Positions 28,443-39,137 of a DNA stretch of 52,611 nucleotides are shown one piece after another. Source of the DNA: a virus (Duplodnaviria > Caudoviricetes); IMG/VR virus record IMGVR_UViG_3300047378_000193, positions 1 to 52,611 of that record. One strand, given 5' to 3'. Positions within the stretch are counted from its first letter, which is position 1, and each line of letters begins with the position of its first letter. The position numbers and the translations under genes are program-made. The notes under the pieces are model-generated. The model saw nothing but the letters and a program-made list of their open reading frames with translations. It searched no databases and was not told where the DNA came from.

Positions 28443-29135
28443 ATGGCAATAAGCGTAGACACGGTTTATAAAACAGTCTTATTAATACTAAATAAAGAGC
28501 AAAGAGGTTATATGACCCCTGACGAGTTCAATAAGATAGCTACTCAAGTTCAACTTGAAACTTTTGAAAACTACTTTGAAAGTCTAAACCAACAGCTTAG
28601 AGTGCCAGATAACGATAGTGAATACGCTGATCGTATAAAAAATATTGATGAAAAAATAGCTATATTTAAAAAATATGCAACAACTAACTATTCAACAGAT
28701 CACTTCGAACTACCAAGTGACTTATATAGGTTAGGTACTGTTATTTATAAAGATGAGATAGAAGCTCAGTTAGTGCAAAGAAACGACCTTCTATACGTTA
28801 ATCAATCGCCTTTAACCAAACCCACTGAACATTACCCGTTATATTTATACGAGGATAATAAACTTTATTTAAAACCTAACACTATACAATCTAACATTAG
28901 TATTTCTTATGTTAAAAAACCAGCTAATGTTGTTTGGAATTTTGAAATACCTGATGGGCAGAACTACTACCAATACATACCTTTAGGTTCTCAAGATTTT
29001 GAGTTAGACACATCAGAGCAACCTGAGGTTATTATAAAAATATTACTATATGCTGGCGTTGTGGTTAAGGACTACAACCTAGTAAACCTTACTGCTCAAC
29101 AAGTACAAGCAGAACAAATAAACCAAAAAAGCTAA
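28443..29135 (+). CDS. Head-tail adaptor / tail ring protein
   Basis: 230 aa; LNKEQRGYMTPDEFN...ISYVKKP pattern; position. Confidence 0.65.
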   Translation: MAISVDTVYKTVLLILNKEQRGYMTPDEFNKIATQVQLETFENYFESLNQQLRVPDNDSEYADRIKNIDEKIAIFKKYATTNYSTDHFELPSDLYRLGTVIYKDEIEAQLVQRNDLLYVNQSPLTKPTEHYPLYLYEDNKLYLKPNTIQSNISISYVKKPANVVWNFEIPDGQNYYQYIPLGSQDFELDTSEQPEVIIKILLYAGVVVKDYNLVNLTAQQVQAEQINQKS

Positions 29136-29141
29136 TAAACT

Positions 29142-30365
29142 ATGTCTATACCTAATGGAGGTTTAATAACCGAAAATAACCGTCAGTATTATGCAGGAGC
29201 ACAAAGCTTTTTGTCCACTGCTAACCAGACATTGTTTGGACCAACAACGTTTGATACAAATTTAGTTTTTGGTAGCTATAATCCTGTAGAACCTGAGTAT
29301 TCTAACAATAATTTTAAACTATATACAGCTGCACCTGGGCAGCAAGTTTACACAGAGTACACTGCAGGTTACAGTGTTGAAAATAATACTATAACTTTCA
29401 ATACAGGTTTAGCTGAAAATACTTCTGTAGCTGTTCAATTAAAATCTCAAACAGGTGGCGAGTATGGAAATAGAGATGCCTACGGTAACACTGTTGAAGA
29501 AAACTGGGGATCTTACTCGTATACTAAATTAAATGATATAGTAAGTAACTTCATGGTAGCTTATGTTGGAGCTGGTAAAATAGTGTCTGATGTGAAAAGA
29601 ACAGATGTTGTTTTCTTTGCTAAAAGAGCTATGCAAGAATTTAGTTATGATACATTGAAAAGTGTAAAATCACAAGAACTAACTATACCACCTAGTCTAA
29701 GTGTTGCTATGCCACAAGACTATGTTAATTACGTAAATATGTCATGGGTAGATAACTCAGGTATAAAACATATCATATATCCAACTACACTAACAAGTAA
29801 CCCAACAGCTATACCTTTACAAGATGATAATGGTATACCAGTACAAGATGGTTTTGGTGAAAACATACAAGGAACCTCTATAACAGAAGAGAGATGGGAC
29901 ACTAACGGTATTGGTGTAATTAACAACCAAATACAAGATGGATCACCTGTCTGGGCCAACATATATGGTGGAGGCTTTGGTCAAGGTTTTGCTTGGCAAA
30001 ATGGATTTTACGGTATACAACCAGAGGTTAGTCAAATTAATGGTTGGTTTACTATAAATGAAAGAGAAAATACTTTTTCTTTCTCAAACGACTTAGTTGA
30101 TCGTCTGATCATTTTAGAGTACATTTCTGATGGTTTAGCTTATGACTTAGATACTAGAGTCCCTAAGATGGCTGAAGAAGCTATGTACGCTTATATACTG
30201 CATGCTATAGTTTCTACTAGAATAAATCAACCTGAGTACTTAGTTCAGAGATTGAAACAGGAGAAAAGCGCTAAATTAAGAAATGCTAAAATAAGATTAT
30301 CTAATATTAAACTAAGCGAATTTGTTCAAGTTATGCGAGGTAAATCTAAATGGATAAAACACTAG
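29142..30365 (+). CDS. Tail ring / tubular protein
   Basis: 407 aa; MPQDYVNYV and ILEYISDG resemble tail tubular protein A-type rings. Confidence 0.6.
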   Translation: MSIPNGGLITENNRQYYAGAQSFLSTANQTLFGPTTFDTNLVFGSYNPVEPEYSNNNFKLYTAAPGQQVYTEYTAGYSVENNTITFNTGLAENTSVAVQLKSQTGGEYGNRDAYGNTVEENWGSYSYTKLNDIVSNFMVAYVGAGKIVSDVKRTDVVFFAKRAMQEFSYDTLKSVKSQELTIPPSLSVAMPQDYVNYVNMSWVDNSGIKHIIYPTTLTSNPTAIPLQDDNGIPVQDGFGENIQGTSITEERWDTNGIGVINNQIQDGSPVWANIYGGGFGQGFAWQNGFYGIQPEVSQINGWFTINERENTFSFSNDLVDRLIILEYISDGLAYDLDTRVPKMAEEAMYAYILHAIVSTRINQPEYLVQRLKQEKSAKLRNAKIRLSNIKLSEFVQVMRGKSKWIKH

Positions 30366-30371
30366 AATTAA

Positions 30372-33300
30372 ATGGCTGAGATTAAAAATACTTTTCTAAA
30401 ATCTAAGATGAATAAAGACTTAGATGATAGACTTATACCTAATGGTGAGTATCGCGACGCACAGAATATATCTGTAGGTAAATCAGAAGACGCAGATGTT
30501 GGTGCTTTAGAAAATATTATAGGTAATGCTAATATAACTGAAAACCTACCAGAAGGTTATGCGAGTACTTGTGAGATTGTAGGTTATTTTTCTGATAACA
30601 CTAACAATAAAATAATAACTTTTGTAACAAACTACAAAGATCCTAACCCTTCTAGTCCCACTTACTTATCAATAGCTAATACCTATAGTCCATCAACTGA
30701 TTTTCCTTTAGCTGGAAGCTATCAATCACATATATGTATATATGATCAGGATAATCCAGATTATTCAATAATAGTAAGCGGAGATTTTTTAAACTTTTCA
30801 ACTACTAATAAGGTTTTAGGTGTTAGCTTGATAGAGGATTTACTTTTCTTTACAGATAATAGAAACCAACCTAGAAAAATAAATATAAACTCAGCTATAA
30901 ATAACTCTAACTACTATAACACTGAAGACACTATATCTGTAGCTAAGTACAATCCATATGAGGCTATAAGTTTATTGAAAAAAGTTAGCAAAAAAACAAC
31001 CTCAGCATCAACTAGTAGCTCAACTATTAATGTTGAAAACACTGATGATATAGAAGTTGGAATGATTGTTGTGGCTAAAAACGTAGATGGTACAACCGCT
31101 ATAGAAGGTTTAAATTTTGTAACCGTTGACAGTAAAACAAGTAACACTGTTACTTTATCTACTCAAATCGGCGCAACTACGGTTTTGATTCCCTACAACG
31201 CTACTGTTAGCGACAATGCTACTGTTACTTTCTTAAAGTCAACCATGACTAAGGAAGATCCCGCAGATGGTTGGCCAGGTGATCCTGACTTGCTAGAAGA
31301 CAAATATGTTAGATTTTCTTATAGATTTAAATTTGATGACGGAGAACATTCTTTGATGGCTCCTTTTACTCAAATAGCTTATGTACCTAAAAATAAAGGT
31401 TATTTTAGAGAAGGTGATGAGGACGCTTCGTATAGATCAACTATATTAGAGTTCATGGAGAACGAAATGAATAACATGGAACTGTTAATACCTTTACCGT
31501 CTAAAGGTGCTGATCTAGAAAGTCAATACAAGATAACACATTTAGATGTACTGTATAAAGAATCTGATGCTTTATCTGTTAAAGTTTTAGAAACACTACC
31601 TATTAATACTATACCCTCATCAGATTTACAGACAAACATATATTCTTATCAATATCAATCTAGAAAGCCATACAAAACGCTACCTGAGTTTGAAACAACT
31701 AGAGTGTATGACAAGGTTCCAATTAGAGCTTTATCTCAAGAAACTTCTGGTAATAGAGTTATATATGGTAATTTTTACGATAGATACTCTTCACCTAACT
31801 CTATTGATTACTATGTTGGTTCTTTTGCAAAAGGAACCGTTAACTTTGATTCTTGGGTGGAATACCCTAACCACACGTTGAAACAGAATAGAAACTATCA
31901 AGTTGGTTTTATCTTATGTGATAAGTTTGGTAGACAAACTCCTGTTATATTATCTCCGGTAGATTTAACAGGTATAGAAACTGGAACTAGTGAGTTCAAA
32001 GGTGGATCAACTATTTACAATCAGTACTACGACGGGTCTAATCAACCAGTAATAAAGAACTGGTTTGGTGACGCTATTAAAGTTGTTGTACAAAATAAGA
32101 TATCAAATGGTGTTAACGACACTAATAATTTGAGTCAAGCTGGGCTTTACGCTATACAGTATCAAAATACAGCTTTTTCTGGTATAGGTTTTTCTATTGA
32201 TTCTGCTTCTTTTACCGATAGTTCTCAAGATGAATTAAGTTTTACTTTAGATTCTTCAAACTCAGACAATGCTAGTATACCAAGAATTGGTGATTACCTA
32301 AGAGGTGAGTATAGAGACTACGTAAAAGTAACCAGCGTGGACAGCACCTCCGCTCCTACATATGTAGTTCAAGCCGACGGAGCTATAAGCGATAGTTATT
32401 TACACAAAGATAACTTAAGTAATGATATAAAATTTGCTTACATAATAAACCAAGTTGGTTGGTATTCTTATAAGATTGTTGTAAAGCAAACCGAACAAGA
32501 ATACTACAACTGTTATTTACCTGGTATATTGGATGGTTACCCAGCTCATGTTGGAACTTCTCCTTATCCTACTAATGAAGACGGTAAAACAGCTCATATC
32601 GTTTTAATAAACGACAATATAAATAAAATACCTAGAGATTTATCTGAAGTCGGGCCAGATCAAAAACAGTATAGAAGTTCTGTACAGTTGTTTGGTAGAG
32701 TTCAAAACAATTTTGTATCAGCAACAACTTCTAATACACAATACTTTCCAGGTTCTTCAACAGATACAGCGTCTACAATAGCTACAGCTAATGATTTAAA
32801 CATGGGTTATGCACATGTTCAAACCGTTAATAACTTCTATCAGTTAGATACAAATCCACTTATAGCTAGAATATCTACACTACAACAATCTATAGGTGTT
32901 ACAAATGCTAACATGGAGCCTTTTTTAGCGGTGTATGAAACAGAACCAGTAAATTCTTTGTTAGATATATTTTGGGAAACTACAACAACTGGTTTAATAT
33001 CTGATTTAAACGAAGATATACTAACTGGCTCTAACGCTCCTATAGGTATAACACCAACTGGTTTTTTGTTTAAAGAAAACCAAAATCCTAATGGAACTGG
33101 AACTACTACGGGAGCTTCAGACTCTCCTTATATTACAGATTACTTTTATCCATTATCACCAGAAGGAGCGTCGCTAACAAGCACTACAAACCCAGTACTT
33201 GCTGTTACAGATAACAATAGCCCAGCTAACCCTCTATATTTCTTTGATGTTGAACAAGAGACTAACGCTGGACCAAACTACGGTGCTTATAGAATTAAGA

Positions 33301-34874
33301 TAAACAACAGTTATTTTGCTTATTTCTCTAAAGATTTTAACACTACTGATAGTTATAATTTTTCTTTAACTGTTACCGATGTTGATAGTAATGTGGTTTC
33401 TATACCTTTTACAGGTTCTTTAACTAACATTCAACCTTTTCTTTCATCTACAACCCCACCAACTCTAACGCCATCGCCACAGGTTTTACCTTTATTAACT
33501 ACGCCACTTTATGAAGCTCTTGATCCTAACGCTAGTTTTCACATTGGTAATGTTGGACTACCTGCTAATGGATCATTAAGTATTAGTGATTTTGGTCAGC
33601 AGACAGGTGTATTCCTACACTCTGTACCTCCTCCTGCGACAGCTTTTGGACTTCCTTATTCTACTATTTTAATAAATTCACAAAGCGGAAATATTTCATG
33701 GGGAGGTTTAAAACTTGAAGGTTATTATGAATCTCAAGTAAAAGTAAAAGATGCTTTAATAAGTTATCAAACTACTGGAGGAATATCCTCTCAAGGTACA
33801 GAATCTACAGGAAGCTTAACAAGTATCATATACGATCAACCTATAAGAGTAGTACCTGCTGACTGTAATTTATCTACTAGTTGTCAATTAAGTTCTAGTA
33901 ATGGTAATCAAAGAGATCAAGTATTTTCACAAACTGAATCTTCATTTGGTTGGAGATTTGGATCAGCGCTGGGTGGACTACCTCCTGGTTTTGTAGCAAA
34001 TCAAAGTAATGTTCAGAGTATTTCTTTTGATGGTCTACAATCTGGTACCGTGTTATTTGATCTAATGGTTCAAACAATTAAATCTAGTGGTGTTAACTGT
34101 AAAGCCGCGTTTAAGTGGAGAATATGGAAAAGAGCTAATAGTGGTAGTTCTTGGAGCACTCAAGGTGTTGTAAGCACTAACGCTGTTGATTTGAATTCAG
34201 ATAATGGAACTGTTGGCTTAGGTTCAGGTTGGATATCTGATTCAGGTTCTAGGTTTATTTGTACAAGTATTAATCTTAATACAAATTCTCAAATACATAT
34301 ACCTATAGCTTTGTCACAAAAAGGAGAATACTTTATAGAGTGTAGAGGTTATAGAATAGGTACAGGTGTCGCTAGTTGCTGGGTAAATGCAACCGATGCA
34401 AACTACCCTACCTGCGTACCAGTAAAAGGTACTAATTTAATAAGTGGTACTGGTAGAGACGCCGACTACTTTCAGTACTCAACAGCGAGTGGTTCTTCTA
34501 GTGGTCTTTCAACTGCTTGTGCTTTTACTTTAAACAATACTGCTTACGCTAGAACCCCATATTCACATGTTGTAGAACAATTTTTTTCAGACACGACATT
34601 GGCTAGTGGTACATATACAGGCGCTTCATCAGCTTATCTTACCTCTTACGATTACGTACCTGATTCTTCAACTACAAACGGTAGCGATATAGCTTTACAA
34701 TATGCTTCTAACTTTAAAAATGTCATAGATGATCCAAACGACGGTAGAACTAGAATAGGTTTTATTGATCCTTTCCAAGGTTCAGGTAATAGTTCACTCA
34801 AGAGACAACCGTGTTCTACTAACGGAACTTACCAGAATCTCAGGTACAGGGTATACTACAATGAAGATTACTAA
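30372..34874 (+). CDS. Tail stabilisation / nozzle protein, N-terminal part with added beta-rich domains
   Basis: KMNKDLDDRLIPNGEYRDAQNI, LFFTDNRNQPRKIN, RFSYRFKFDDGE and GNRVIYGN are crAss-like stabilisation-protein motifs. Confidence 0.75.
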   Translation: MAEIKNTFLKSKMNKDLDDRLIPNGEYRDAQNISVGKSEDADVGALENIIGNANITENLPEGYASTCEIVGYFSDNTNNKIITFVTNYKDPNPSSPTYLSIANTYSPSTDFPLAGSYQSHICIYDQDNPDYSIIVSGDFLNFSTTNKVLGVSLIEDLLFFTDNRNQPRKININSAINNSNYYNTEDTISVAKYNPYEAISLLKKVSKKTTSASTSSSTINVENTDDIEVGMIVVAKNVDGTTAIEGLNFVTVDSKTSNTVTLSTQIGATTVLIPYNATVSDNATVTFLKSTMTKEDPADGWPGDPDLLEDKYVRFSYRFKFDDGEHSLMAPFTQIAYVPKNKGYFREGDEDASYRSTILEFMENEMNNMELLIPLPSKGADLESQYKITHLDVLYKESDALSVKVLETLPINTIPSSDLQTNIYSYQYQSRKPYKTLPEFETTRVYDKVPIRALSQETSGNRVIYGNFYDRYSSPNSIDYYVGSFAKGTVNFDSWVEYPNHTLKQNRNYQVGFILCDKFGRQTPVILSPVDLTGIETGTSEFKGGSTIYNQYYDGSNQPVIKNWFGDAIKVVVQNKISNGVNDTNNLSQAGLYAIQYQNTAFSGIGFSIDSASFTDSSQDELSFTLDSSNSDNASIPRIGDYLRGEYRDYVKVTSVDSTSAPTYVVQADGAISDSYLHKDNLSNDIKFAYIINQVGWYSYKIVVKQTEQEYYNCYLPGILDGYPAHVGTSPYPTNEDGKTAHIVLINDNINKIPRDLSEVGPDQKQYRSSVQLFGRVQNNFVSATTSNTQYFPGSSTDTASTIATANDLNMGYAHVQTVNNFYQLDTNPLIARISTLQQSIGVTNANMEPFLAVYETEPVNSLLDIFWETTTTGLISDLNEDILTGSNAPIGITPTGFLFKENQNPNGTGTTTGASDSPYITDYFYPLSPEGASLTSTTNPVLAVTDNNSPANPLYFFDVEQETNAGPNYGAYRIKINNSYFAYFSKDFNTTDSYNFSLTVTDVDSNVVSIPFTGSLTNIQPFLSSTTPPTLTPSPQVLPLLTTPLYEALDPNASFHIGNVGLPANGSLSISDFGQQTGVFLHSVPPPATAFGLPYSTILINSQSGNISWGGLKLEGYYESQVKVKDALISYQTTGGISSQGTESTGSLTSIIYDQPIRVVPADCNLSTSCQLSSSNGNQRDQVFSQTESSFGWRFGSALGGLPPGFVANQSNVQSISFDGLQSGTVLFDLMVQTIKSSGVNCKAAFKWRIWKRANSGSSWSTQGVVSTNAVDLNSDNGTVGLGSGWISDSGSRFICTSINLNTNSQIHIPIALSQKGEYFIECRGYRIGTGVASCWVNATDANYPTCVPVKGTNLISGTGRDADYFQYSTASGSSSGLSTACAFTLNNTAYARTPYSHVVEQFFSDTTLASGTYTGASSAYLTSYDYVPDSSTTNGSDIALQYASNFKNVIDDPNDGRTRIGFIDPFQGSGNSSLKRQPCSTNGTYQNLRYRVYYNEDY

Positions 34875-34875
34875 T

Positions 34876-34904
34876 GTAATATGTTAATAAAATAAGTGAT
34901 AATA
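34876..34904 (+). promoter_or_regulatory. Late promoter-like motif
   Basis: GTAATATGTTAATAAAATAAGTGATAATA; same 20-nt spacing. Confidence 0.4.
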
Positions 34905-34909
34905 AAACT

Positions 34910-36262
34910 ATGTCAGCAACTTTAGAAGTAAAATACTTTAACTCTTTCTGGATAAAGAAGATGAAATCAATAGTTGACGCTGGGGATGCGGTCGTAGAAG
35001 ACTTAGTTCCAGGTGGTTATAACTCTAGTGTAGCAACTCCAAACGAAGACTGGTATATTGAAGAGGCTAGAATACGAGGTGGCTACAATAATACTTCTGT
35101 AGATTTTGGAGTTAAAGCTTATTTAGTTGAAGAAGATGATCAACAACAACATAGATTTAACTCTATGATATATTCTGGTGTATTTAATTCTAGAACCGGA
35201 GTAAATAGAACTAATGTTTTCTCAGTGGGTGATGATATAACTAGATCAGCAGATCCTGCCAACGGTAGTATTCAAAAGCTTTATGCTGAAGACTCTAACT
35301 TAATAGTTTTACAAGAGGATAAAGTGAGTAGAGCTTTGATAGATAAAGACGCTATATATTCTGCAGAGGGTAATAGAGCTATAACATCCTCAACACAAGT
35401 TATTGGTGAAATAGTTCCTTACGCAGGTAAGTATGGTATAAGTGATAACCCAGAGTCTTTCGCTGTTTATGGTTATAGAAAATACTTTACAGATAGAAAA
35501 AGAAATGCTGTTTTAAGATTATCTATGGATGGTTTAACAGAAATATCATCTTATGGCATGCAAGACTTTTTTAGAGATAATCTAGGTCACTTAAACTCAT
35601 CAGACAACATTATTGGAGCTTGGGACATACATAATAAAAACTACGTAGTATCAATACAAAAAAATAACGGAGGGAATCAAGGTTATAAAACTTTAAACTT
35701 TGATGAAAGCGTAAATGGTTGGACTAGTTTTTTAAGTTTTGAGCCTGGTTTTATGTTTAGTTTAAACACATCGTTTTACTCTACTAAAAATGGTAAAATA
35801 TGGCAACATTATATTTTTAATGGTCAACTTAAAAGAGGAGTGTTTTACGATACAGTGTACTCATCTTCTGTGGAGCTTGTGTTTAACGCTAATCAATCCT
35901 TAGTTAAAAACTTTAAAACAGTTAACTATGAAGGTAGTAAAGATTGGAAAATGGATTCAATGGCTACCTCATCAGATAGTGCGTTACCTATATCTAGATC
36001 TATAAACGTACTCACAGAAGCATCAAACTTACAGGATTTAGAGAACCAATTACTACACAATAACTTTAAAGTGAAAGAAGGTAAGTATTTTGCAAACATT
36101 ATAAATAATAGTGTGTCTAGAGCGGGTGAGGTTACATGGGGTCAATCGAGTTCTGGTATTAAAGGTTTCTTTGCTACTATTAAAATGAGTGTTGATAACA
36201 ACTTGGTTGGTAAAAAAGAATTATTTGCTGTATCTACTGAATATGTAGAGTCATCATACTAA
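34910..36262 (+). CDS. Tail stabilisation protein, C-terminal-type part
   Basis: GSIQKL, YGISDNPESFA, YFTDRKRNAVLRLS, GWTSF, KEGKYF. Confidence 0.75.
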   Translation: MSATLEVKYFNSFWIKKMKSIVDAGDAVVEDLVPGGYNSSVATPNEDWYIEEARIRGGYNNTSVDFGVKAYLVEEDDQQQHRFNSMIYSGVFNSRTGVNRTNVFSVGDDITRSADPANGSIQKLYAEDSNLIVLQEDKVSRALIDKDAIYSAEGNRAITSSTQVIGEIVPYAGKYGISDNPESFAVYGYRKYFTDRKRNAVLRLSMDGLTEISSYGMQDFFRDNLGHLNSSDNIIGAWDIHNKNYVVSIQKNNGGNQGYKTLNFDESVNGWTSFLSFEPGFMFSLNTSFYSTKNGKIWQHYIFNGQLKRGVFYDTVYSSSVELVFNANQSLVKNFKTVNYEGSKDWKMDSMATSSDSALPISRSINVLTEASNLQDLENQLLHNNFKVKEGKYFANIINNSVSRAGEVTWGQSSSGIKGFFATIKMSVDNNLVGKKELFAVSTEYVESSY

Positions 36263-36272
36263 ATTAAATTAA

Positions 36273-36680
36273 ATGAAATTAAATGTACGTAAACTTGCTG
36301 ATAGCGATTGGGAAACTCTTTGTTATTGGTGGGAACAATGGCCTAAATGGCAAAATCCGCCTAAAAGTTTTCTACCAAATAACGGAACAGGTGGTTTAAT
36401 GGTTGAAAAAGATAATCAACCTATTGTTGCAGGTTTTCTTTACTTTACAAATTCCGATGCTGTATTACTTGAATGGATCGTTTCAAATCCAGACTACAGA
36501 GATAAAGATCGTAAAAAAGCTATAGAGCTTTTAATAGCTACAGCAGAGAACGTATGTAAAGAATCTGGTAAAAAATACATGTTTAGTATAGGTAGAAATA
36601 AACATTTGATAGAAACACATAAAAAATTAGGTTGGACTGTAGATGACAGCTCATCATACGAAATAATAAAAACAATATAA
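36273..36680 (+). CDS. GNAT-fold acetyltransferase-like protein
   Basis: WIVSNPDYR...HKKLGW; typical position before podovirus ejection genes. Confidence 0.75.
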   Translation: MKLNVRKLADSDWETLCYWWEQWPKWQNPPKSFLPNNGTGGLMVEKDNQPIVAGFLYFTNSDAVLLEWIVSNPDYRDKDRKKAIELLIATAENVCKESGKKYMFSIGRNKHLIETHKKLGWTVDDSSSYEIIKTI

Positions 36681-36681
36681 C

Positions 36682-37443
36682 ATGGGACTAGTAACAGCAA
36701 TAGCAGCGGGAGGCGCGTTGATATCAGGTATTGGAGCAGCGGTTGGAGCTAATGCAGCTTCAAAAGAAGCAAGAAGGGCTGGAAACGCGCAGAGAGCAGC
36801 TCAAGCAGAATTAGATCGCTTAAAAAGAAGTAGGCAAACAATTATAAATCCATACGAATCAACAACTGATTTGTCTGGTTTAGCTACTGATCTTTCAGAT
36901 CAATTAACTAATCCTTTTGCTAGTTTAGGTGTTGCTACGCAAGCTGCTGAAATACAAATAGAACAAGCTGACATAGCTTTAGCTAATACACTCGACACTA
37001 TTAGAGCAACTGGATCAAGTGCTGGTGGCGCGACAGCTTTAGCTCAAGCTGCTTTATCATCTAAGAAAGGAGTAGCTGCTAATATAGAAGCTCAAGAAGC
37101 TCAAAACGAAAAACTAAGAGCTCAAGGTGAACAGCAACTTCAGTCTCAAAAAATGTCAGAGCAACAGCGTTTACAAAGCATCGCTATATCTGAAGGTCAG
37201 AGAGTACAAGCTGCTGATGCCGCTGGAAAACAATTTGAGTTTGGTGCTCAAGAAAACAGAACAAACGCTGACTTAGATAGAGCCGCTAGTCAAATATCGC
37301 AAGCTCAAGCACAACGAGCTCAAGCAAATCAAGCAAAAGCAAGCGCTATAGCTGGAGGTTTTTCAGCTATTGGAAGTATAGGTAGTAGTTTAATTTCGGC
37401 TGAGGGAATGGCTCAGTCTGGAGGCGGTTCAATCTTTGGCTAA
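36682..37443 (+). CDS. Internal virion / DNA ejection protein (small)
   Basis: G/A-rich hydrophobic termini with an A/Q-rich helical core. Confidence 0.75.
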   Translation: MGLVTAIAAGGALISGIGAAVGANAASKEARRAGNAQRAAQAELDRLKRSRQTIINPYESTTDLSGLATDLSDQLTNPFASLGVATQAAEIQIEQADIALANTLDTIRATGSSAGGATALAQAALSSKKGVAANIEAQEAQNEKLRAQGEQQLQSQKMSEQQRLQSIAISEGQRVQAADAAGKQFEFGAQENRTNADLDRAASQISQAQAQRAQANQAKASAIAGGFSAIGSIGSSLISAEGMAQSGGGSIFG

Positions 37444-37444
37444 T

Positions 37445-37460
37445 AAATAAATAAATAAAT
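37445..37460 (+). repeat. (AAAT)4 in a gene leader
   Basis: Four perfect units ending 4 nt before the ATG at 37465. Confidence 0.8.
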
Positions 37461-37464
37461 AAAC

Positions 37465-39129
37465 ATGAGTTATAGAAATCCACCTATAATCGTAGATAGA
37501 TCTACAGACGTCTGGGGAAAAGCAATAGCTAATTTCGGTAAGCAAGTAGCACAGGGAATACTAAGTATTGGTGAGGCAAAGAAAAAAGCTGGACAAGCTC
37601 AAGCTGCAAAAGCTGCAAAAGACGCTGCTGCAATGCAAAAGTTAACGACAGCTACTAGAGAATCTTACATGAGTGAATTTAGAGATAAATACATTGCATT
37701 GAAAAAGAAAGATGGTAATTTAGCTGAGCAGTTTAAGACACAGACAATGATTGACCTAAATGGTGCTGACGGAAAGGTAGGAGCTATTGATGCTCAAGTG
37801 CAGTTGTCTTTAAATAGCAATTTAAGTGCTGATCAAATAAAAGAATACAACGATATAGTTGATAGTGCTAAAATGTATCAAGCTCAAGCTGTTGATGGTT
37901 TTGGTAAGGTTATATCTGGTATAGATAATGTAAACTCTAAATCAGATCAATTGTTAGCTAAACCTGGTGGTTGGACGTTTAAAGGTAATAACAATTTTGA
38001 AAGACTACAAAATCAATTAGCATACTACGCTGTTGATGTTGACAAGATGATAAACCCTGATGTTAAAGAGTCTAGGAAATTAACAAAAGGTGAAAATGGT
38101 GAAAACTTTTTAGAAGCTACTACGTTGGTTCCTGTGGATCAATTTAATGAAGGTGGTGCTTTCTCAGGTCAACTAACCTCAGAGCAAGAAAAAGGAATGG
38201 AAAAAGTTGTTGAAGACGGTAAAGAGTATTATAAGTTTTCTTTTAAAAGAGATGCAAATGAATGGGATGGTGAATTTATAGTAGATATAGATGAACTACC
38301 TAATTACTCTGAGGTTTACCAAGAGGCCGGAATAGAAGATAAGAAAGGTACAATAAATCAAAAACTTACTGGGCAAATTGAAATAGCTGAAGGTGGCTAC
38401 GAGGATAAGGAGGAATTAATAGATATTGAAGCCATAAGAAACAACAGAGGTTTAAACGATATTATGTTAGGTAAAGCTGGTGCAATAGAGGAAGGTGATG
38501 ATGCATCAAAGCAGGCTTTTCTTAACTTTGCACTCGGTAAAGGTGGTACAACTATTAAAGAGTTTAACAAACAATACACTACATCTGAAGGTAGAATACA
38601 GCACATAAAAAACTTATTAATAGATGATTCTATTAGTAAGAAATTTGGGGAAAAATATAGTAGTAGAAAAGCTACTTCAGATGACGTTGAACGTTTAAGA
38701 GCTTTCAACCCTGCTTCCACAGTTTCCGAAGGTGATGAAATTTTATTCAGTAACATTGGTAGTAAAAAAGCTAAAGTAGAAGATCCTGATAAAGTAACAG
38801 AAGGCGATATAAAGAGAGCTGAGTATAAAAAAATGGTAGAATACCTTGACACTAGATTTACACCTGATAATCTAACATTTGAATCAGTTGAAAGTTTAGC
38901 TAACGAAGAAGGTATAACAGTTGTGCCTATGTATGCTGGAGAAGATGATGAAAAACCTTCAGAGATAAAAGTAGGTAAGCTAACAATAAAGCCAGGTGAT
39001 AGCCATGAGAAAATAAAGAAAATACTACTAATAGCCGGCGGTGTTAAACCTAAAGACGCACAAGCTTTAATTGACGGTAAAGAAATATTATTTAGACCAA
39101 ACACAGGTAATCTACCAATAAAAAAATAA
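37465..39129 (+). CDS. Internal virion / ejection protein (middle)
   Basis: 554 aa; amphipathic N-terminus; lies between the small and giant internal proteins. Confidence 0.65.
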   Translation: MSYRNPPIIVDRSTDVWGKAIANFGKQVAQGILSIGEAKKKAGQAQAAKAAKDAAAMQKLTTATRESYMSEFRDKYIALKKKDGNLAEQFKTQTMIDLNGADGKVGAIDAQVQLSLNSNLSADQIKEYNDIVDSAKMYQAQAVDGFGKVISGIDNVNSKSDQLLAKPGGWTFKGNNNFERLQNQLAYYAVDVDKMINPDVKESRKLTKGENGENFLEATTLVPVDQFNEGGAFSGQLTSEQEKGMEKVVEDGKEYYKFSFKRDANEWDGEFIVDIDELPNYSEVYQEAGIEDKKGTINQKLTGQIEIAEGGYEDKEELIDIEAIRNNRGLNDIMLGKAGAIEEGDDASKQAFLNFALGKGGTTIKEFNKQYTTSEGRIQHIKNLLIDDSISKKFGEKYSSRKATSDDVERLRAFNPASTVSEGDEILFSNIGSKKAKVEDPDKVTEGDIKRAEYKKMVEYLDTRFTPDNLTFESVESLANEEGITVVPMYAGEDDEKPSEIKVGKLTIKPGDSHEKIKKILLIAGGVKPKDAQALIDGKEILFRPNTGNLPIKK

Positions 39130-39137
39130 CTACAATT

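Noticed and set aside
38397-39104. 235-aa antisense ORF and other minus-strand ORFs inside late genes (for example 15293..15817, 11381..11731, 42608..42946)
   Set aside because: S/L/F/I-rich mirror translations of the real plus-strand genes; no leader or promoter; a common shadow artefact
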